From positions 11,332 through 75,331 of the forward strand of contig CAZQUN010000002.1 of NCBI GenBank assembly GCA_964596615.1: DNA of 64,000 nucleotides, given 5' to 3'. This DNA comes from an uncultured Candidatus Saccharibacteria bacterium. Its GTDB lineage: Bacteria; Patescibacteriota; Minisyncoccia; Portnoybacterales; UBA2143. This document shows, one piece after another, positions 46,061 through 54,299 of this stretch. The notes beneath the pieces were generated by a model. The model worked only from the letters and a program-made list of their open reading frames with translations. It was not told where the DNA came from and ran no database searches. The position numbers were made by a program, and so were the translations under genes. Each line of letters starts with the position of its first letter. The first letter of the stretch is position 1.

Positions 46061-46137
46061 TGGTGGGCGGTGTAGGAGTCGAACCTACGGCCTTCTCGGT
46101 GTAAACGAGACGCGCTAACCAACTGCGCCAACCGCCC
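46061..46137 (-). tRNA. tRNA-Val (anticodon TAC), CCA encoded
   Basis: GGGCGGT acceptor, anticodon stem TCTCG/CGAGA, loop TTTACAC, T-loop TTCGACT, CCA. Confidence 0.8.
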
Positions 46138-46213
46138 AATTAAATTTCACCCTATCATAAATTGTGGAAAAATTCCAGTTCTTTAATTTCTTGAAATAAG
46201 ATATAATTAGAGT

Positions 46214-47419
46214 ATGCTTTTCTCATTTAACAAGAAGTATTTTGACAAACCTTTATCGCATGGGTTTGTTTCTTTGTATACTGGCAGAACAATCGCTTTA
46301 ATTTCAATGGGTCTTTTAGGATTATTTATGCCGATTTTTCTTTTTGAACTCTTTGGCAATAATATTCAAATGACCTTCATTTTCTACGGAATCGGCTTCA
46401 TTTCCTACGGCTTGATTGTCGCAATTGGAGCAAAGTTTTTGAATAGATACGGCTTTAAAAAAGCGCTTCAGACAAGCGTCTTTTTAGGCGCTCTCTATTA
46501 CGTCTTTTTCTATTTTATCGACCAAAGTAATTGGAAATATATTATTCCCCTGATTCTTATCACCCTTCTTTTCTATCGGATGACTTACTGGCTGCCCTAT
46601 CATGTTGATTTTGCCAAGTTTACCGATAAAAAGAATCGTTGTCGACAGGTGAGTATTTTTGAAGCAACCCGCTTAGGAGCTGGTGTTTTCATCCCTCTCA
46701 TCTCCGGCTTCATTATTACCCGCTTTGGTTTTGATGTTCTGTTTGTTGTCTCAATTTTTCTTTATCTCATATCAGGAATTCCTTATCTGACTATTCCCCG
46801 GACAAAAGAAAATTTTTCCTGGAGTTTAAAAAGAACCTGGCAGGAATTTCTTTCAAAAGAAAAAAGAAAGATGATTATAGTTTTTATTGCTTTTGGGGCG
46901 GAAAGTGTTGTTGGCCTATTAGTCTGGCCCATTTTCATTTACCAACTCCTGAAAGGAAACTATTTCCAGGTTGGGTTTATCGCTACTTTGATTATTGCCG
47001 TCACAGTCGTTTTACAGCTTTTTTTAGGGAGATATATTGATTTGGAAACACCCAAGGAAAAAGTTTTGAAATGGGGGAGTGTTTTGTATTCAATCGGCTG
47101 GATTATTAAGGCTTTTATCGCGACGGCTTTCCAGATTTTCATTGTTGGCGCCTATCACAGCGTTTCAAGTATTTTGCTAAATACGCCCTTTGACGCCCTT
47201 AATTACGAAATTATGGCTGACCAGGGACATTATGTTGACGAATTTACGGTCCTTAGGGAAATGGCAGTTAATTTCGGCAAAACCCTGATGGTGATAACAA
47301 TCATTATTGTCTCATTCTTTTTTGCTATCCAATGGGTCTTTCTTTTTGCCGCTCTAGCCGCCTTTATTATTGGATTTTTAAGGAGAAAAGAACCAATTAT
47401 GACCAAAGCCCTGGCTTGA
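46214..47419 (+). CDS. polytopic membrane transporter (MFS-like)
   Basis: About 10-12 TM helices with short loops; no signature motif verified. Confidence 0.4.
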   Translation: MLFSFNKKYFDKPLSHGFVSLYTGRTIALISMGLLGLFMPIFLFELFGNNIQMTFIFYGIGFISYGLIVAIGAKFLNRYGFKKALQTSVFLGALYYVFFYFIDQSNWKYIIPLILITLLFYRMTYWLPYHVDFAKFTDKKNRCRQVSIFEATRLGAGVFIPLISGFIITRFGFDVLFVVSIFLYLISGIPYLTIPRTKENFSWSLKRTWQEFLSKEKRKMIIVFIAFGAESVVGLLVWPIFIYQLLKGNYFQVGFIATLIIAVTVVLQLFLGRYIDLETPKEKVLKWGSVLYSIGWIIKAFIATAFQIFIVGAYHSVSSILLNTPFDALNYEIMADQGHYVDEFTVLREMAVNFGKTLMVITIIIVSFFFAIQWVFLFAALAAFIIGFLRRKEPIMTKALA

Positions 47420-47461
47420 TTTTGTTTTGACACAATAGTTGCTCCGTGATAGATTCTAGAG

Positions 47462-48778
47462 ATGGATTATATAAAATATTTCAAAGGCAAAAAGATTACT
47501 CTAATGGGATTAGGGATTCTGGGAAGAGGAGTCAATCTGGCCAAATTCCTGGCTGAGAACGGAGCAAAACTTATTATTACCGACTTAAAGAGCGAAAAAG
47601 AACTTCGCTCTTCTTTAAATAGGCTAAAAAAGTTTAAGGGGATAAAATATGTTTTGGAAAAGCATCGGTTAGCTGATTTCAGAAACAGAGATATGGTTGT
47701 TAGAGCCGCCGATGTTCCTCTTGATTCTCCATATATCAAGGAAGCCAAAAAGAACAAAATCCCAATAGAAATGGATGCTTCCTTATTTGCTAAATTGTCA
47801 AAGGCAAGAATTATTGGCATTACCGGTACCCGGGGAAAATCAACCATTACCCATTTCATTTACCAAGCTTTGAAAAACAACAATCAAAGAGTTTTTTTAG
47901 GAGGAAATGTCAGGGGCCTGGCAACTCTGCCTTTAATTAGGAAAGTGAAAGAAAATGATATTGTTGTTTTAGAGCTTGATTCCTGGCAGCTTCAGGGATT
48001 TGGCGATTCAAAAATATCTCCTGATATTTCTGTCTTTAGTAATTTCCTTCCTGACCACATGAACTATTATAAGGGAAATATGAATCAATATTTCAATGAC
48101 AAGGCCAATATTTTCAAATACCAGAATAAAGAGAATTATTTAATTTTAAGCCAACAATCTGAAAAGGAAATTAAAAAAAGATTTAGGGGGAAAATTAAAA
48201 GTCAGGTTATTAAGAAAAACCCTTTCCCAAAAAACTGGAAAACAGAATTAATTGGCCAGCATAACAAAGATAACCTGGCTTTAGGGATAAAGGTATTGGA
48301 AGTTTTAAGAATGAAGAAATCTTTAATTAAGAAAGCAGTTAAGGAATTCAAGGGTATTCCCGGCCGATTAGAATTTATTAAAAAAATTAACAATGTTTCC
48401 TATTACAATGATACCAATGCTTCTTCGCCCGAGGCAGTTATTGCTGCCTTAAAATCTTTTCAAAAAGAGAATATTATCCTGATTGCCGGCGGCAGTGATA
48501 AAAACCTTGATTTCAAAGAAATGATTAAAGAAATTAAAAAAAGAGTTAAATCTTTGATTTTAATCAAAGGAAAAGGAACAGAACAAATGGTTAAAGATTT
48601 AAAGAATTATCCTTTTGAATTAGCAAGCAATATGAAGAAAGCGGTTAAAAAAGCAAAAGGTTTTTCTCAAAAAGGAGATATTGTTTTACTTTCTCCGGGA
48701 ACAGCCAGCTTCGGTGTTTTCAAGAATGAGTATGACCGAGGGGAACAATTTAATAAATATGTTCGAGAATACAAGTAA
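47462..48778 (+). CDS. murD: UDP-N-acetylmuramoylalanine--D-glutamate ligase
   Basis: N-terminal Rossmann GLGILGRGVNLAKFL; Mur ligase P-loop IGITGTRGKST; C-terminal domain. Confidence 0.75.
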   Translation: MDYIKYFKGKKITLMGLGILGRGVNLAKFLAENGAKLIITDLKSEKELRSSLNRLKKFKGIKYVLEKHRLADFRNRDMVVRAADVPLDSPYIKEAKKNKIPIEMDASLFAKLSKARIIGITGTRGKSTITHFIYQALKNNNQRVFLGGNVRGLATLPLIRKVKENDIVVLELDSWQLQGFGDSKISPDISVFSNFLPDHMNYYKGNMNQYFNDKANIFKYQNKENYLILSQQSEKEIKKRFRGKIKSQVIKKNPFPKNWKTELIGQHNKDNLALGIKVLEVLRMKKSLIKKAVKEFKGIPGRLEFIKKINNVSYYNDTNASSPEAVIAALKSFQKENIILIAGGSDKNLDFKEMIKEIKKRVKSLILIKGKGTEQMVKDLKNYPFELASNMKKAVKKAKGFSQKGDIVLLSPGTASFGVFKNEYDRGEQFNKYVREYK

Positions 48779-50033
48779 AATTCATTTTATTGGCATTGGC
48801 GGAATTGGTGTTTCTGCCTTAGCTAAAATGATGCTTTTGTTAAAAAAGGAAGTATCTGGTTCAGATATTTCTTTAAATAAGGCAGCCAAAAGGATTAAAT
48901 CTCTTGGCGGCAGGGTTTTTATTGGCCACAGGAAATCCAATTTAGATAAAAAAACTGATTTAGTTATTTATTCTCCGGTGGTGGAAAAGAACAACCCAGA
49001 ACTATTAAAAGCCAGGAAATTAAATATTCCAATTTATTCCTATCCTGAAGCCCTGGGTTTGATTTCAAAAGAAAAAGAAACCATTGCTGTTTCAGGTACC
49101 CATGGAAAAACAACTACCACTGCCATGATTTCAGAAATACTAATTTCCGCCAAGAAAAGCCCGACTGTTGTTATTGGCAGTTTTCTGAAAAAGCAAAAAG
49201 ATAATTTTATTATGGGCAAAAGCAAATATTTTGTTGTTGAGGCCTGTGAATACAAAAAGTCATTTCTTAATCTTTCTCCTGACATTCTAGTTATTACCAA
49301 TATTGATAACGACCACTTGGATTATTACAAAAACATTAAAAACATCAGAAAGGCCTTTGGCCAATTAATTGAAAAAGTTCCTCAAAACGGACACATTGTT
49401 ACGAATCCTGAAGATAAAAATATTAAACAGGTCCTAAAACTTTCAAAACCAAGAGCTGAAATTATTGATTACGCCAAAGAAAAAGAAGTACAATTAAAAG
49501 TTCTGGGGAAGCATAATATTTTGAACGCTAAAGCTGCAATATCAGTCGTTAGGTTAATTGGTATTAAAAAAGGCCAGGCAGAAAAAGCCTTAAAGAATTT
49601 TTCCGGCACTTGGAGAAGATTTGAATATAAAGGAAAAACAAAAAAAGGCGCTTTAATTTATGATGATTATGCTCATCATCCAACTGAAGTTAAAGCCACC
49701 CTAAAAGCCACCAGGGAAAGTTTCCCTAAAAAGAAAATTGTTGTTGTTTTCCAGCCACATCTTTATTCTCGAACAAAGTTTTTTTTAAAAGAGTTTTCCG
49801 AGAGTTTTAATGACGCTGATGAAGTTATTATGACCGACATTTACGCTGCCAGGGAAAAAAAGGATAAAACCATTCATGCCAGAGATTTAGTTAAAAAAAC
49901 AAAAAACGCTACCTATATTAAGAGTTTTTCAGAGATTAAAAAATATCTTAAAAAAGAAGTAGACAAAAACACTCTCATTATCACTCTCGGCGCAGGGGAT
50001 GTTTTCAGAATAGGGGAAGAGATTAAAACTTGA
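48759..50033 (+). CDS. murC: UDP-N-acetylmuramate--L-alanine ligase
   Basis: IHFIGIGGIGVSALAKMM (MurC N-terminus), VSGTHGKTTTTAM P-loop. The ATG overlaps the last codons of murD in the +1 frame. Confidence 0.8.
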   Translation: MFENTSKIHFIGIGGIGVSALAKMMLLLKKEVSGSDISLNKAAKRIKSLGGRVFIGHRKSNLDKKTDLVIYSPVVEKNNPELLKARKLNIPIYSYPEALGLISKEKETIAVSGTHGKTTTTAMISEILISAKKSPTVVIGSFLKKQKDNFIMGKSKYFVVEACEYKKSFLNLSPDILVITNIDNDHLDYYKNIKNIRKAFGQLIEKVPQNGHIVTNPEDKNIKQVLKLSKPRAEIIDYAKEKEVQLKVLGKHNILNAKAAISVVRLIGIKKGQAEKALKNFSGTWRRFEYKGKTKKGALIYDDYAHHPTEVKATLKATRESFPKKKIVVVFQPHLYSRTKFFLKEFSESFNDADEVIMTDIYAAREKKDKTIHARDLVKKTKNATYIKSFSEIKKYLKKEVDKNTLIITLGAGDVFRIGEEIKT

Positions 50034-50313
50034 CAGGATTATCAACTTATATTATATTAACGCTCACAATATGAATTGTATAAATCACAATCAAAAATAT
50101 CCACTTTTGGCCCGCCAAATGACAGGTATCTTTACTGTTTCTAATACCGGAGTTATCCGGAATCTTATCTGGCCAAGGTGGTTATTTGTAGACAAATTAT
50201 CTTTGAAAACCTAATTAACCTCCTTTTGTAGAATGACCTTCTCGGCCAGATAAAGGCCGAGATTTTTAGTTTTATCTGGGTAACTAGAACCTTAAAAATT
50301 AAAGGAGGTTGAA

Positions 50314-51132
50314 ATGGAAAAAAAAGCCAAAGATTTTTACCGCAAGGATGTTTTGAAAGAATGGAGGAGATTAACTAAAGATCCTTTTCATCGATTGGAA
50401 TTTGAAACCACCCTGCATTTTCTATACCGGTATCTTCCAAGAATTGGATTAATTTTGGATGCGGGCGGTGGCCCTGGTCGGTATACTATTGAATTGGCAA
50501 AGCGAGGAAACGAGATTATCCTTTTCGATTTGACGCCAGAATTACTTAGTTTCGCTGAACAGCGCATAATTAGGGCTGGTGTAAAGGATAGGGTAAAATT
50601 GGTTGTTGAGGGCTCTATTACTGATTTGTCTCAATTTAATGATGATTGCTTTGATGGAGTTATCTGTTTGGGTGGAGCGCTTGGCCATGTCTACGAAAAG
50701 GATAACCGAAAGAAGGCAGTTTCTGAACTTTTCAGGGTAGTTAAGAGAGGTGCTCCGATATGTATTTCAGTAATAGGAAGATTAGCAGTAATTGCAAAAA
50801 TATTGAGATGCTGGCCAGAAGAAGTTGAGATGACCGGACCTTTCAAAGAAATATGGGGGAAGGGAGATGATGATATGTGGAGCGGGAGCTCTTTTCATCA
50901 TTTCTTTTTACCAGAAGAATTAGAAGAATTATTTGCTGATAAAGAGATAGAGATTTTAGAAAGGGTTGGCTTAGAAGGGCTATCATCTCTTTTTCCAAAA
51001 GAGATTAATAAGATGGCCAGACATTCCCCGAAGCGATGGAGAAACTGGTTGGAATGTCATTATGCTCTTTGTGTTCATCCGGCGGTCTTTGCCACTAGTC
51101 TGCATATAATGATTATTGGCCGAAAGAGATAA
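50314..51132 (+). CDS. class I SAM-dependent methyltransferase
   Basis: LDAGGGPGRYTIELAKRGNEIILFDL (motif I plus acidic post-I). Confidence 0.7.
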   Translation: MEKKAKDFYRKDVLKEWRRLTKDPFHRLEFETTLHFLYRYLPRIGLILDAGGGPGRYTIELAKRGNEIILFDLTPELLSFAEQRIIRAGVKDRVKLVVEGSITDLSQFNDDCFDGVICLGGALGHVYEKDNRKKAVSELFRVVKRGAPICISVIGRLAVIAKILRCWPEEVEMTGPFKEIWGKGDDDMWSGSSFHHFFLPEELEELFADKEIEILERVGLEGLSSLFPKEINKMARHSPKRWRNWLECHYALCVHPAVFATSLHIMIIGRKR

Positions 51133-51161
51133 TTAACCACAAAACGTGAAAGGAGATTGAA

Positions 51162-51947
51162 ATGACAAATTCAGAAAAAACAGATTGGATCTATTCATTC
51201 TTTGGCGGAGAGAGAGACTTTTATGGCAAGTCCTATAAAGCCATGGGTCATCTTGATTCAGAAAGAACCAAAAAAGAGATAGACGGTATTCTAGATCTCT
51301 TAAAACCAGAACCAGGTAGCCACATTTTAGACTGGTGTGGTGGTTGGGGCAGACATGCGATTCCTTTGGCTAAGGAGGGATTCGAGGTGACTCTGCTTGA
51401 TTTCTGTAAAGAGTATCTTGAAGGGGCAAGGCAAGAAGCAAAACAAAAGAAAGTAAAGTTGGATTTTGTTCATGCTGACTTCAGAGAAACTCCATCAGAA
51501 ATTCAAGCTGACTACGCAATTAATATCTTTACCGCTGGCTTGGGCTGTTTAGGAGAAGAAAATGATATTATTGCTCTAAAATCTCTTTTCACCGCCCTTA
51601 AACCCAGTGCTAAATTCCTGATTGATACAATGAGTCCTTTCTATGTGGCCAGGAAATTCCAGAAATATTCTTGGGGTGAATCTTCGGATCGGACTAAAAG
51701 ACTTCTTGAAAGGAGACGCTTTGATTTTTGGAATAGCACTGTCGATGTCGAATGTATTTATCAAGATAAAGAAGCGCAGATAGAGGAATGGGCAAGTGAG
51801 ACAAGCGTAAAACTGTATTCTCCTGCGGACTTAGCCCGAGTTCTAAGAATGGCTGGATTCGAGCCAATAGAACTTTATGGCAGTTTTAATGGTTCTAAAT
51901 TCGACTTTGAATCCAAGAGAATAATTATGATTTCCCAAAAACCTTAG
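51162..51947 (+). CDS. class I SAM-dependent methyltransferase (paralogous type)
   Basis: LDWCGGWGRHAIPLAKEGFEVTLLDF. Confidence 0.7.
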   Translation: MTNSEKTDWIYSFFGGERDFYGKSYKAMGHLDSERTKKEIDGILDLLKPEPGSHILDWCGGWGRHAIPLAKEGFEVTLLDFCKEYLEGARQEAKQKKVKLDFVHADFRETPSEIQADYAINIFTAGLGCLGEENDIIALKSLFTALKPSAKFLIDTMSPFYVARKFQKYSWGESSDRTKRLLERRRFDFWNSTVDVECIYQDKEAQIEEWASETSVKLYSPADLARVLRMAGFEPIELYGSFNGSKFDFESKRIIMISQKP

Positions 51948-52004
51948 TTGTCAGTCTGATTAGTCTCGGCCCTAATCGTAACTATGAAAACGAGGATTAA
52001 CCTA

Positions 52005-52030
52005 AAGAGCGCCAAACGGCGCTCTTTGAA
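52005..52030. terminator. bidirectional intrinsic terminator
   Basis: AAAGAGCGCCAAACGGCGCTCTTTG. Confidence 0.6.
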
Positions 52031-52052
52031 ATAGCGTGATTTTAATAATGAG

Positions 52053-52418
52053 TTAAAGTATATCTATTCCTAATTTATTGCTGACTATTTTTTTGAGCCG
52101 GTTAAGGTCGGCTTTCATTATTTTAAACTCATCTTCGATGTCTGTTAGGCGCTTTAAAAATTTATCTAAAGTTGTAGCTAATCGGTCAATCTTTTTATTA
52201 ATTCTTTCTTCCATCTTTTCCATCTTCTTATCAATTCGTATCTCCATTTTTGTTATCCTCTCGTCCAGTCTTCCTATCCTTTCATCCATTCTTCCTATCC
52301 TCTCGTCCAGTCTTCCTATCCTTTCATCTACTGCGCCCAAAATAACCGTTGTTTGTTGATTTAACAACTTTTCAATTTCTTGATAAGTGATTGGTTGATT
52401 TTCTTTTTTCTTTGGCAT
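52053..52418 (-). CDS. coiled-coil protein with tandem ERIGRLD heptad repeats
   Basis: Start at MPKKKENQ; DERIGRLDERIGRMDERIGRLDERITKME encoded by 3.5 copies of a 21-bp repeat. The upstream extension of the ORF overlaps a GC-rich non-coding segment. Confidence 0.5.
   Translation of the reverse strand: MPKKKENQPITYQEIEKLLNQQTTVILGAVDERIGRLDERIGRMDERIGRLDERITKMEIRIDKKMEKMEERINKKIDRLATTLDKFLKRLTDIEDEFKIMKADLNRLKKIVSNKLGIDIL
52250..52330. repeat. 21-bp in-frame tandem repeat (about 3.5 copies) inside the coiled-coil CDS
   Basis: TCGTCCAGTCTTCCTATCCTT / TCATCCATTCTTCCTATCCTC / TCGTCCAGTCTTCCTATCCTT / TCATC... Confidence 0.8.
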
Positions 52419-52527
52419 TATCCTAATTATATATTTTACAAAGCGTCCTGTCAAAACTTGTGCCCAGGGCGGGACTCGCCCTGTCATCCGACGGGGCGCC
52501 CGGTCGAATGACCGGGCGAACTCAATG

Positions 52528-52612
52528 TGGGCGAGGGGGGACTTGAACCCCCACGAGCTAACGCTCATATGCTCCTCAAGCATACCTGTCTACCGAGTTC
52601 CAGCACTCGCCC
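52528..52612 (-). tRNA. tRNA-Leu (anticodon GAG), type II
   Basis: GGGCGAG acceptor, anticodon stem TATGC/GCATA, loop TTGAGGA, long variable arm, T-loop TTCAAGT. Confidence 0.75.
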
Positions 52613-52614
52613 GT

Positions 52615-52992
52615 TTATTTCTTAGATTCAGTTTTTGTTGTTTTAGGTTTTTCCTTAATTTCCTTTAATCTTGCCTCTTTGGCTGATTTTTCTCTGATGT
52701 AATATAACTTAGCTCTTCGTATTTTATGTTTCTTAACAACTTCAATTTTTTCAACAAAAGGGGCATGGACAGGGAAAATTCTTTCAACGCCGATTCCCTG
52801 GCTGATTTTTCTGACTGTAATAGTTGAACTAATTCCCTTGCCATGCTTTCGGGCAATAACTAAACCCTCAAAGATTTGAATTCTTTGCTTATCTCCTTCT
52901 TTAATTTTCTGATGAACCCGGACAGTATAACCCGGTCTGATCTGATCAATTTCTTTTTCCTGTTTTTTATTAAATTTCTCTAATTTATTCAT
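52615..52992 (-). CDS. rplS: 50S ribosomal protein L19
   Basis: [36 protein letters not shown]...FPVHAP matches the L19 consensus. Confidence 0.9.
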   Translation of the reverse strand: MNKLEKFNKKQEKEIDQIRPGYTVRVHQKIKEGDKQRIQIFEGLVIARKHGKGISSTITVRKISQGIGVERIFPVHAPFVEKIEVVKKHKIRRAKLYYIREKSAKEARLKEIKEKPKTTKTESKK

Positions 52993-53675
52993 GATAAGGT
53001 TTTAATAATTTCCTTTAAATCATCAGGAAGTTCTGAATTAAACTCCATCATCTTACCACTTGGTAATTTAATTTTCAAGGCAGTAGCGTGAAGAAATTGC
53101 CTTTTTAAATTAGATGGAGGGATTTGTCTTTTGAATTTGTATTGGCTGTCTCCGGCAATTGGATGGCCAATTGAAGCCAAATGGACTCTAATTTGATGGG
53201 TCCGGCCGGTTTTGATTCCAACCTCTAAAAGAGTAAAATTCTTGAAATATTTCAAAACAGAATATTCTGTCCAGGCCTTTTTTGATTTTTCATCCAAGAG
53301 GGGACTTCTTTTTTTTCTGTCTTTTTTAGAAAAACTAATTGATTTGGTAATTGTTCCTTTTTTATCCTTAATTTTTCCAAAAACCAATGCCAAATATTTT
53401 TTAACAACCTTTCTTTCCTGAAATTGTTCTTTTAAGAAGTCAAAAGAAGAATTATTCCTGGCAATAATCATCAGGCCGGAAGTATCTTTATCCAAGCGAT
53501 GGACAATACCAGGTCTTAATTTATCCTCGCCAACATTTTTAATCTCAGGAAATTGGTTAATCAATTGGTTAACTAAAGTATCTTCCTGTTCTGATTTAAT
53601 CGGATGAACAGTTAATCCGGCTGGTTTTTCTATAACAAGAACATCTTGGTCCTGGTAAATAATCTTTATTCTCAT
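52989..53675 (-). CDS. RluA-family pseudouridine synthase
   Basis: [14 protein letters not shown] catalytic Asp motif; start taken at MRIKIIYQD so the gene abuts tRNA-Ala. Confidence 0.8.
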   Translation of the reverse strand: MRIKIIYQDQDVLVIEKPAGLTVHPIKSEQEDTLVNQLINQFPEIKNVGEDKLRPGIVHRLDKDTSGLMIIARNNSSFDFLKEQFQERKVVKKYLALVFGKIKDKKGTITKSISFSKKDRKKRSPLLDEKSKKAWTEYSVLKYFKNFTLLEVGIKTGRTHQIRVHLASIGHPIAGDSQYKFKRQIPPSNLKRQFLHATALKIKLPSGKMMEFNSELPDDLKEIIKTLS

Positions 53676-53676
53676 G

Positions 53677-53748
53677 TGGACCAGAAGGGAATTGAACCCT
53701 TGGCCTCCTGATTGCAAAACAGGTGCTCTACCACTGAGCTACTGGCCC
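53677..53748 (-). tRNA. tRNA-Ala (anticodon TGC)
   Basis: GGGCCAG/CTGGTCC acceptor with G3:U70; anticodon loop TTTGCAA; T-loop TTCAATT. Confidence 0.7.
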
Positions 53749-53822
53749 AATAAATATAGAATAGCAGGATTTTGGCTAAAAATCAAGGTTGGAGGAATAA
53801 AAAACACCCCAGAATGAGCATT

Positions 53823-53897
53823 TGGTGGGCTCAGTAGGGATTGAACCTACGACCTCGTCGATGTCAACGACGCACTCTACCACTGAGCTATGAGCCC
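53823..53897 (-). tRNA. tRNA-Val (anticodon GAC), CCA encoded
   Basis: GGGCTCA acceptor, anticodon stem CGTCG/CGACG, loop TTGACAT, T-loop TTCAATC, CCA. Confidence 0.8.
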
Positions 53898-54142
53898 GAG
53901 TTTTTGTCAACTAACCACCTAACATAACTCCTTCTTCTTTTTGATTTAACCTGGTATTCTCTTTTTCTTGCTTCGCTTAGTGTTTTGTATTCTTCAGAAT
54001 ATATTAGTTTCCAAGGTCTCTTGTAGCGGGTAGCTATCGTTTTACCAATATTATGTTCTCCTAGTCGTCTACGCAGATTGTTTGTGCTCCCATAGTAGTA
54101 AGAGTTATTCTTTTGTGATTGTAGAATGTAGAAATGATGCAT
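53888..54142 (-). CDS. GIY-YIG nuclease-domain protein (paralog of 38750..39001)
   Basis: MHHFYILQSQKNNSYYYGSTNNLRRRLGEHN...YKRPWKLI. The stop TAG lies inside the tRNA-Val(GAC) D-arm. Confidence 0.7.
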   Translation of the reverse strand: MHHFYILQSQKNNSYYYGSTNNLRRRLGEHNIGKTIATRYKRPWKLIYSEEYKTLSEARKREYQVKSKRRRSYVRWLVDKNSGS

Positions 54143-54204
54143 TTTGAACCCATGACCTCCCCGCAGTACTGCGGGGCGCTCTAAACCAACTGCGCCAACC
54201 ACCC
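54143..54204 (-). pseudogene. degenerate tRNA-Val(TAC)-like 5' fragment fused to the GIY-YIG start
   Basis: GGGTGGTTGGCGCAGTTGGTTTAGAGCGC is near-identical to the 5' part of tRNA-Val(TAC) at 46061..46137. A palindromic CCCCGCAGTACTGCGGGG replaces the anticodon arm. A T-loop-like GGGTTCAAAATG contains the ATG; there is no 3' acceptor strand. Confidence 0.5.
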
Positions 54205-54211
54205 TTGTCTG

Positions 54212-54283
54212 TGGACGCGCCAGGATTCGAACCTGGAACCACTTAGATATAAGCTAAGAGCTCTGCCATTGAGCTACGCGTCC
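54212..54283 (-). tRNA. tRNA-Ile (anticodon TAT, i.e. UAU)
   Basis: GGACGCG/CGCGTCC acceptor, anticodon stem CTTAG/CTAAG, loop CTTATAT, T-loop TTCGAAT. Confidence 0.65.
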
Positions 54284-54299
54284 TTGAAAATAATATACC

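Noticed and set aside
45418-46131. Full 237-aa ORF for the P-loop protein
   Set aside because: The N-terminal 28 codons overlap tRNA-Val(TAC). The internal ATG at MKKQKIIKQ, just outside the tRNA, is the plausible start.
52250-52330. Possible CRISPR-like repeat array
   Set aside because: The 21-bp units are contiguous with no spacers, in frame, and encode a heptad repeat. No cas genes are present. This is not CRISPR.
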